A stretch of 7,089 nt of DNA from Octopus sinensis (GCF_006345805.1 NW_021828909.1:1-7089), one strand, 5' to 3'. Positions 1-6,392 are shown, counted from the stretch's first letter. The notes: a model not told the origin generated them from the sequence alone. Translations and numbers: made by a program.

Positions 1-146
1 ACAAACAAGGACAGACATAGGTATTAAGTCGATTACATCGACCCCAGTGCGTAACTGGTTACTTAATTAATCGACCCCGAAAGGATTAAAGGAAAAGTCG
101 ACATCGGCGGAATTTGAACTCAGAACGTAACGGCAGAGGAAATACG
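1..146 (-). mobile_element. SINE family A, internally started second unit of a tandem dimer (B-box through body; runs off the window edge)
   Basis: Near-identical to 186-330 (period 185). The reverse strand reads cgtatttcctctgccgttacgttctgagttcaaattccgccg..., containing a B-box-like GAGTTCAAATTCC but no A-box head. Confidence 0.85.
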
Positions 147-379
147 TATTTCTTTATTACCCACAAGGGGCTAAACACAGAGGGGACAAACAAGGACAAA
201 CATAGGTATTAAGTCGATTACATCGACCCCAGTGCGTAACTGGTTTTTAATTAATCGACCCCGAAAGGATTAAAGGAAAAGTCGACCTCGGCGGAATTTG
301 AATTCAGAACGTAACGGCAGAGGAAATACGGCTACGCAATTCGTCCGACGTGCTAACGTTTCTGCCAGCTCGCCGCCTT
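147..379 (-). mobile_element. SINE family A, full-length tRNA-derived SINE
   Basis: The reverse complement starts aaggcggcgagctggcagaaacgttagc (A-box-like TGGCAGAAACG) and has a B-box-like GAATTCAAATTCC, a central gtcgactttt-cctttaatcctttcggggtcgat segment and a tail ending gtaataaagaaata. It matches the + strand copy at 6509-6737 end to end. Confidence 0.9.
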
Positions 380-442
380 GTTTAAGTACTACATCAAAAG
401 GCTTGTCGGGGAAGCTATACTGACATCAATACCACCAGAATG

Positions 443-510
443 ACACACGCACGCGAACACACACGCACACACATGCACCCCGCTCACACATGCACCCCGC
501 TCACACACAC
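443..510. repeat. Degenerate (CA)n microsatellite containing a 17-bp tandem duplication
   Basis: acatgcaccccgctcac at 471-487 and 488-504 within CA-rich sequence. Confidence 0.9.
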
Positions 511-665
511 TTATTGATAGTTGTTGCACAACTATTCACATCCGTGTATAAACGAGGTCACGCATATATATCCAGGCTACTGACGCTTAAGAACAATGTC
601 GAATATTCCTTTTTATGTGCACGGGTGTAAAGCGTTGAACATGCGATTAAAACAAAAAGACAGTT

Positions 666-822
666 GGCGTGCCTATCTGGTGAGAAGTTTGCTTCCCAGC
701 CACATGGTTGCAGGTTCAGTCCCACTGCGTGGCACTTTGTGCAAGTATATCTTACTATAGACTCGGACCGACCCAAAGCCTTGTAAGTGGATTTGGTCGA
801 CGGAAACTGGAAGAAGCCCGTC
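666..822 (+). mobile_element. SINE family B, 5' half only (tRNA-like head plus CORE-like segment)
   Basis: Contains B-box-like ggttcagtccc and then gcactttgtgcaagtat (a decayed CCTTGGGCAAGT CORE-like motif). It ends ...gaagaagcccgtc before (AT)n and is the reverse complement of 1113-1257 at roughly 75% identity by eye. Confidence 0.8.
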
Positions 823-826
823 ACAA

Positions 827-848
827 ATATATATATATATATATATAT
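827..848. repeat. (AT)n microsatellite joining the two inverted SINE-B copies
   Basis: Pure atatat run. Confidence 0.9.
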
Positions 849-1060
849 TCTTTTACTTATTTCAGTCATTTGACTGCGGCCATACTGGAGCACCGCTTTA
901 AAGGGTTTTAGTCGAAGGAATCGCCCCCAGGACTTATTCTTTGTGAGCCTAGTACTTATTCTGCCGGTCTATTTTTCCGAACTGCTAAGTTACGGGGACG
1001 TAAAGACACCAGCATCGGTTGTCAAGTGATGATGGGTGGGGGGACAAACACAGACACACA

Positions 1061-1106
<46 letters not shown>

Positions 1107-1257
1107 CATATACGACGGGTTTCTTTCAATTTTCGTCTACCATATCCACTCACAAGACTTTGTTCGGCCGGAGGTTGTAGTGGAAGACACGGGCCGAAGG
1201 GGCAACGCATTGGGACTGAACCTAGAACCATGTGGTTGGGAAGTAAGCTAATCTTCT
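848..1257 (-). mobile_element. SINE family B, near full length, with internal (TA)n/(TG)n microsatellite
   Basis: The 5' half (1113-1257) matches 666-822 in reverse. The internal (CA)n(TA)n lies at about 1047-1112. The 3' half (848-1040) matches the fragment at 5213-5357. Confidence 0.85.
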
Positions 1258-1276
1258 CTGTATCGTTCCAATTCTA

Positions 1277-1364
1277 GTATATGTATGTATGTATGTATTG
1301 TATGTATGTATGTATGTATGTATGTATGTATATATATATATTATATATATATATATAATATATA

Positions 1365-1400
<36 letters not shown>

Positions 1401-1406
1401 TGTATG

Positions 1407-1477
<71 letters not shown>

Positions 1478-1549
1478 ATATTTATATATATATGTATGTA
1501 TGTATGTATGTTATGTATGTATGTATGTATTTATTATAATAATATATAT

Positions 1550-1580
<31 letters not shown>

Positions 1581-1631
1581 GTATGCATGTATGTATGTAT
1601 GTATGTATGTATGTATGTATGTATTTATATA

Positions 1632-1665
<34 letters not shown>

Positions 1666-1706
1666 AATGAATGAATGAATGTATGTATGTATGTATGTAT
1701 ATATGT
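1277..1706. repeat. Compound microsatellite of (TATG)n and (TA)n blocks with a short (TGAA)n block
   Basis: Directly visible; the source of the MYVC/IYIY ORFs. Confidence 0.97.
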
Positions 1707-1752
1707 AAATGTGTCAAGAGAAATTTAAAGAAGAATTGTTACGATCGAGAAG

Positions 1753-2077
1753 GTGAATCACAATGACCATTTTGCGTGCACAGTTTGTGACAGACCATGC
1801 CTTGGGCTCAAATCTCATTTGTTGACCCATGAAAAACGAACTTCAGCCAACTATTCTGCCTGTATGTCTGTGCACACCTTTCATAGCCATGTGTGTTTTA
1901 AGGTCTGTAAATCGACCAGAGGCCTTAAAAAGACATTTTAAAATTCACAAATATCCGAACTTAACTGAAGCTCTTGGCGGTTCAAATCGGATACGCAACC
2001 TATGTGGGTGTCTTTTCAATACATTGCCTGGTTTAAAAAGTTGTCTGTGTATGGCAGGTTTGGTAGCCTTCAACTAA
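1753..2077 (+). pseudogene. Decayed triple C2H2 zinc-finger coding relic, probably the C-terminus of an RTE-like LINE ORF
   Basis: Finger 1 CTVCDRPCLGLKSHLLTH (1777-1830). Finger 2 (S)HVCFKVCKSTRGLKRHFKIH (1885-1948) is restored by removing one A from the A5 run at 1927-1931. Finger 3 (R)NLCGCLFNTLPGLKS(C)LCM(A) (1994-2056). All three carry GLKx(H); there are no TGEKP linkers. Confidence 0.65.
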
Positions 2078-2382
2078 CACAATCTCCTCCGAGACCCTGC
2101 GGTGCAAGTTGACCAAAATTGAGACTATGATAGAAGAAGGCTTGCTCTTCCTTCCGTAGAAGAACTAATTCAAATCAGACCATGTTAACACCAAAAATTA
2201 TTTACATCAAAAAGGTGCTTTTTTTCTATGAAAATCCCTATTTTTTACGATTTTTTTACTACTGTGTCGCCATTTTTTGGTGTATTTCAACCAGAAAAAT
2301 GTTCACTTAAAGAGAATAACAAGCTACATAATGCAAAAGTTTTACTTTTAAAAATTTCCAATTCTAAAGGGTCGAAACAAAA

Positions 2383-2410
2383 CCAAGCAACGCCGGGCGA
2401 TACTGCTAGT
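2383..2410 (+). mobile_element. Probable Helitron-type 3' terminus (left boundary undetermined; the AT-rich ~200 bp upstream may belong to it)
   Basis: ccaaGCAACGCCGGGcgatactgCTAG|T: CTAG (2406-2409) is followed by T and preceded by a GC-rich GCAACGCCGGG, resembling a decayed CCCGG-GCAACG-CCGGG subterminal hairpin. Confidence 0.55.
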
Positions 2411-2616
2411 TTATGATAATCTTTAAGTGCTTTAAATGCGATATCGATAATCACCAGGGAAATTGTCTTTTTTTTTATGATATCATAAATATATTACACA
2501 ATACCGATAATAAAATAAAATCAATTCTCTTTATCAACAATTTTGATGGTAACAAAAATTATAGCAACATCAACTGAGGACTTGAAGATTTAGGGGAAGC
2601 TTTCAAGGGAGGATCT

Positions 2617-2785
2617 AGTCGATTATATCAACCCCAGTGTTCAACTAGTACTTATTTTATGGACCCCGAAAGGGATGAAGGGCAAAGTCAATCTTGACAG
2701 AATTTGAGGTCAGAACATGAGGCCAGAAGAAGTCTTGCGATGTATTTTGTCTGGCGCAGTAAGAATCCTGCCAGCTAGCTGCCTT
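2617..2785 (-). mobile_element. SINE family A, diverged copy without the 3' tail
   Basis: agtcgattatatcaaccccagt...gaatttgaggtcagaac...ctgccagctagctgcctt is colinear with 212-379. Confidence 0.85.
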
Positions 2786-2837
2786 AAAAATATTTTCTAA
2801 TTTTGGCATAAACCCAGCAATTTTTCTGTAATGGTGG

Positions 2838-3013
2838 TAAGTCGATTACATTGACCCCAGTGATTAACTGGTATTTATCTTGTCGATCCCGAAATGATGA
2901 AAGACAGAGTCCACCTCGACCTAGGCGGCGTTTGAACTCAGAACGTAAAGGCCGACGAAATGCCGCCCAGTATTTTGTTCGACATGTTAACGATTCTGCC
3001 AGCTCGCCGCCCT
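2838..3013 (-). mobile_element. SINE family A, diverged copy without the 3' tail
   Basis: taagtcgattacattgaccccagt...tttgaactcagaacgta...ctgccagctcgccgccct is colinear with 209-379 and has a small internal duplication (ccacctcgacct). Confidence 0.87.
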
Positions 3014-3025
3014 TCGCTGCCATAA

Positions 3026-3530
3026 AAAAGCTTGGGCACTTTGGATACCAGAAGAGGGATTTTCCAAGGTGATAGCCTATCTCCGTTGCTTTTTGTTCTC
3101 TGCATGATACCCCTGACCTTGGTACTTAGAAAAATGAACCTGTGATATCGGCTAAAGGGAAAATCCCAAACAATCAGCCACCTTCTCTTCATGGATGATT
3201 TGAAACTGTATGGTAAGGTTGAGACACAAGTGAGTTCATTAGAGTACACGGTCCACTGTTTTAGTACTGATATTAGAACGGAATTCAGACTCAAGAAGTG
3301 TGGAATAATCTACGTAACAAGAGGTAAGGTACAGTCCCTAGCAGGGATAGAATTACCGAAGAGGGAACTGATTAAAGTAATTTAAACGGAAAGCTACAAA
3401 TACCTGGGCATACTAGAGTTCAGCGAGATAATGGAGAAGGAAATAAAAGAGCAATTAATATTTCCGAAGACTAAGATTGGTGTTGCGCTCAAAATTGAAC
3501 GGATGGAATAAAATCCAAGTGGTTAATACA
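3026..3530 (+). mobile_element. R4/Dong-clade non-LTR retrotransposon relic 1: reverse transcriptase palm/thumb fragment
   Basis: One frame from 3026 reads KSLGTLDTRRGIFQGDSLSPLLFVLCMIPLTLVLRKMNL*YRLKGKSQTISHLLFMDDLKLYGK...EFRLKKCG...VI*TESYKYLGILE, with stops at 3143 and 3383. After a frameshift near 3458 it reads YFRRLRLVLRSKLNGWNKIQVVNT. GIFQGDSLSP, HLLFMDDLKLY, YKYLG and KLNGxNK are R4-type RT motifs. Confidence 0.9.
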
Positions 3531-3631
3531 GGCACAGCCGATCTTGGCGGAATTTGAACTCAGAACATTAAGACGGACGAAATGCCGCTAAGCATTTTGC
3601 GAAGCTTGCAAACGATTCTGCTAGCTCGCCG
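3530..3631 (-). mobile_element. SINE family A head only (3'-truncated), at the LINE deletion junction
   Basis: aggcacagccgatcttggcggaatttgaactcagaac...gattctgctagctcgccg matches the SINE-A 5' region (aggaaaagtcgacctcggcggaattt...). Confidence 0.85.
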
Positions 3632-3867
3632 TTATGCCAATAATCATTGGGTTCATTGGGAATTGTAAGCAAAGATACAGACAAATGGTTGAAGGAAATT
3701 GGAAAAGAATGTCCTGGAGTACTTCTGCAGAAAGTTTGCCTCTTAGGGACAGGAAAGGTTATCAAGAGGGTTCTAAGTACTTGAAAGACTATGAAAGCCT
3801 GTGGATACTTAAGGTTGCAGGTAGTGATCCGTTACCTACATAAACCCTGCTAGGAATAAGACCAATC
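3631..3867 (+). mobile_element. R4/Dong-clade relic 1: RLE-domain C-terminus and 3'UTR
   Basis: With one extra G near 3650 removed it reads VMPIIIGSLGIVSKDTDKWLKEIGKECPGVLLQKVCLLGTGKVIKRVLST* (stop 3782-3784). This is homologous to the C-terminus at 4720-4876 and is followed by a 3'UTR and an A/AAC/AAT tail. Confidence 0.85.
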
Positions 3868-3911
3868 AATAAAAATAAAAAAAAACAAAAAACAAAAAAA
3901 TAAATAATAAT

Positions 3912-3944
<33 letters not shown>

Positions 3945-3953
3945 AATAATAAT
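3868..3953 (+). repeat. A-rich / (AAC)n / (AAT)n tail of relic 1
   Basis: Directly visible. Confidence 0.9.
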
Positions 3954-4508
3954 AGATGCCCTGATGCAGTACCAGGCAGTGGCTCTCGTGGCTTCTGATC
4001 TTAACTGATTGGAAGTGTTATCATGTACATTGTTTTGTCTTGGTATAAAAGATGGGCTAAAGCAAATATTCTGCTCAACACCACAGATTTGCTAGTCAGT
4101 TGTTTGACCTTAACCAGTTGAGCATGTCCCTTAGTGGCTGACGATATGTGCATCTCTGATCACGAGCAGAAGTAGTGGGGGAGCATCATAGCCATGTGTT
4201 GAAAGGGATTCTTTGGGGTTTGAATAATTCACCTCTGGAAATATGGATGTTTCGTTCAACATCCTTAACCCTTATTCAGGGACCTTTTGAGCGGGATGGG
4301 TTACTCGACCAGAAGAAAATTCTAACTGGCCCCCACCTGCAAGGTCATATGCTGTTTATCTTGATATGAGATCACCATGTTGTGCACATATGGTTGTGAT
4401 GCATGTGCCTGGTGTACCCTTATCAGACGGGTAGTCATGATGGGTATACTGGGCTTCGTATATTTGTACCCCAGTGTCACTTTAATGGCATGCACTGCTC
4501 TCTCACTC
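3954..4508. mobile_element. Unclassified 555-bp non-coding element between (AAT)n tracts (probable interspersed repeat)
   Basis: Sharp boundaries against (AAT)n on both sides and more GC-balanced than its surroundings. I see no credible ORF, A/B boxes or terminal inverted repeats. Repeat status is inferred from context and my recollection of octopus repeats. Confidence 0.5.

Positions 4509-4573
<65 letters not shown>
4509..4573 (+). repeat. Perfect (AAT)21 microsatellite
   Basis: 21 uninterrupted AAT units (4509-4571) plus AA. Confidence 0.97.
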
Positions 4574-4575
<2 letters not shown>

Positions 4576-5052
4576 GCCTCCTCATTGATATGACTGTCCA
4601 TGCCTCCTCATTGATATGACTGTCGCAATCGATATAAACGTATCTGTCAAGACCTACCAAAAACTGAGCAAATATAAAGATCTTGAAATAGAAATCAGCA
4701 AAATGTGGAAGCTGAAGACTAAAACAATACCTGTTGTCATAGGTGCCCTGGTAATGATAGCAAAAGGGGCTGATAGCTACCTAACTCAGATACCAGGAAA
4801 CCCCAAAATGGCAGAAATTCAAAAGATAGTGCTCATAGGAACTGCTCATATCCTACGCAAAATACTTTCTATGTAATCTCAAGGTTTAAAACAAACATTT
4901 TTTTTAGACATCCACCAGTACAACACAAAAAACAACCAAATATATGGCACACTAGGCATAACAACAACGTGAACTTCCAACCTGTTGTCTCCTGAGGTCT
5001 CTGGGTGAGACTTGGAGCCAACTTGTACAAATATAAAGCAAAAGTCAAACAG
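4574..5052 (+). mobile_element. R4/Dong-clade relic 2: 5'-truncated copy (RLE C-terminus plus 3'UTR), a different family from relic 1
   Basis: An uninterrupted RLE-like frame, a 3'UTR and an (AAT)n tail starting at 5053. It begins directly after (AAT)21 with a 25-bp duplicated 5' end. Confidence 0.88.
4601..4876 (+). pseudogene. Restriction-like endonuclease (PD-(D/E)xK) domain C-terminal fragment of R4/Dong ORF
   Basis: CLLIDMTVAIDINVSVKTYQKLSKYKDLEIEISKMWKLKTKTIPVVIGALVMIAKG...IQKIVLIGTAHILRKILSM*, containing the ID-x-T/A-V, KxxKYxDL and PVVIGAL motifs. No internal stops, but 5'-truncated. Confidence 0.88.
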
Positions 5053-5104
<52 letters not shown>

Positions 5105-5107
5105 TGG

Positions 5108-5163
<56 letters not shown>

Positions 5164-5204
5164 ATGATGATGATGATGATTATGATGATAATAATAATAA
5201 TAAT
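5053..5204. repeat. Compound (AAT)n-(ATG)n-(AAT)n microsatellite (tail of relic 2)
   Basis: AAT 5053-5100, ATG about 5101-5188, AAT to 5204. Confidence 0.95.
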
Positions 5205-5212
5205 CTTTTTTT

Positions 5213-5357
5213 TATTTTTTACTTGTTTTAGTCATTGGACAGCGACCATGCTGAAGCATAGCCTCGGAGAGTTTAGTCGAACAACACAATACCGGTTCCA
5301 TATTTTCAAAGTGTGGTACTTATACTTTCGGTTTCTTTTACCGAACCGCTAAGTTAC
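5213..5357 (-). mobile_element. SINE family B, diverged 3' fragment
   Basis: ttttacttgttttagtcattggacagcgaccatgctgaagca...ccgaaccgctaagttac is colinear with 850-993. Confidence 0.8.
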
Positions 5358-5410
5358 ATGGCCATGCGGAAACCATGGGCACAAGAGTACGATTCAGGAA
5401 GAAAGAGTAC

Positions 5411-5558
5411 AAGCAATATAATCGCCTCCAGTACTTGACTGGGTATCTGTGTTACGGACCCAAGAAGGACTGAAGACAGATCAACGTCAGCGAGATTCGA
5501 ACCAAGAGCCTAAAGAAATGTAAGTAAATACTGCAAGGCATTTTGTTTGACAGTCTAC
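5411..5558 (-). mobile_element. SINE family A, old and highly diverged copy cut by the (GTA)n tract
   Basis: aagcaatataatcgcctccagtacttgactgg...ggacccaagaagga...gagattcgaacc...aaatactgcaaggcattttgt is colinear with the other A copies. Confidence 0.65.
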
Positions 5559-5621
5559 AGTAGTGGTAGTTGCTGTTGTTGTTATTGCTGTTGCAGTAGT
5601 AGTTGTAGTAGTAGTAGTATA

Positions 5622-5653
<32 letters not shown>

Positions 5654-5927
5654 GGTCGTTGTAGTAGTAGAAGTTGTTGTTGCTGTTGCAGTAGTAGTTG
5701 TAGTAGAAGTAGCAGCAGCACCAGCAGTAGTAGGATTAGTAGTAGTTGTTGTAGTGGTTGCTGTTGTTGTAGCTGCAGTAGTAGTAGTAATAGTAATAGT
5801 AGTAGTAGTAGTAGTAGCAGTAGTAGTAGAAGAAATGGCAGCAGCAGCAGTAGCAATAGTAGCATTTGTAGTTGCAGCAGTTGCTGTTGTTTTAGCTGCA
5901 GTAGTAGTAGTAGTAATAGCAGTAGTG

Positions 5928-5958
<31 letters not shown>

Positions 5959-6046
5959 AAGTAGTATTAGTAGTTGCAGTAGTTGCTGTTGTTGTAGCTG
6001 CAGTAGTAGTAGTAGTAGTAGTAGTAGCAGTAGTAGTAGCAGCAGC

Positions 6047-6079
<33 letters not shown>

Positions 6080-6103
6080 TGTAGTTGTAGTAGTAGTAGT
6101 AGT
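5559..6103. repeat. Degenerate trinucleotide tract (GTA/GCA/GTT)n
   Basis: Directly visible; the source of the poly-V, poly-T and poly-L ORFs. Confidence 0.96.
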
Positions 6104-6392
6104 CAGACTGTCAAAAACGACAGTCCCTTCTCTGAGAAGGATTAGAATTGTTTTTAATAACGCGGACGAAACGGTTTTTAAAGACACAAATTACAGTAAT
6201 TCTTTCTCACCCCACCCCCCAAAATGTGGTCCTTTCATCTCCCCCACCCCTACTCCATACATTTTCTCCCCTCTTAATTAATGAAATGACAAATTAGGTT
6301 TTTGCATCCATTGCAGTTTTTCTTTCTTCACCAAGGGGTTTGAAAAGTCTAAAATGCTGGCAACCATCTTGTTTATTACGACTGTATTTTAT

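Noticed and set aside
1-330. CRISPR-like array
   Set aside because: Two 185-bp units of a SINE with no short repeat plus unique spacer pattern, in a eukaryotic context.
517-535. 8-bp hairpin atagttgt-tgc-acaactat
   Set aside because: Isolated and near chance expectation, with no supporting context.
1285-1670. MYVC/IYIY ORFs
   Set aside because: Translations of (TATG)n/(TA)n microsatellite.
2474-2489. 16-bp perfect palindrome tttatgatatcataaa
   Set aside because: Low-complexity AT-rich; close to chance expectation in 7 kb.
2784-3072. ORFs MAAKGGELAES..., MTPVINWYL... and the similar 6465-6713 ORF
   Set aside because: Incidental open frames across SINE-A sequence.
3634-3843. 69-aa ORF MPIIIGFIGNCK... 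as given in the track
   Set aside because: Only the first residues are in the true frame; an extra G near 3650 shifts it out of the RLE frame.
4137-4175. Hammerhead ribozyme from CTGACGA
   Set aside because: No stem II followed by GAAA and no recognisable stems I/III.
4322-5352. Poly-L, poly-N and poly-I/M ORFs
   Set aside because: Produced by (AAT)n and (ATG)n tracts.
5452-6281. 244-aa poly-Val, 201-aa poly-Thr and 137-aa poly-Leu ORFs as real proteins
   Set aside because: They are three frames of one (GTA/GCA/GTT)n tract, with no domain or splice evidence.
6290-6390. Possible small exon on the - strand
   Set aside because: No recognisable domain or convincing pair of splice sites.
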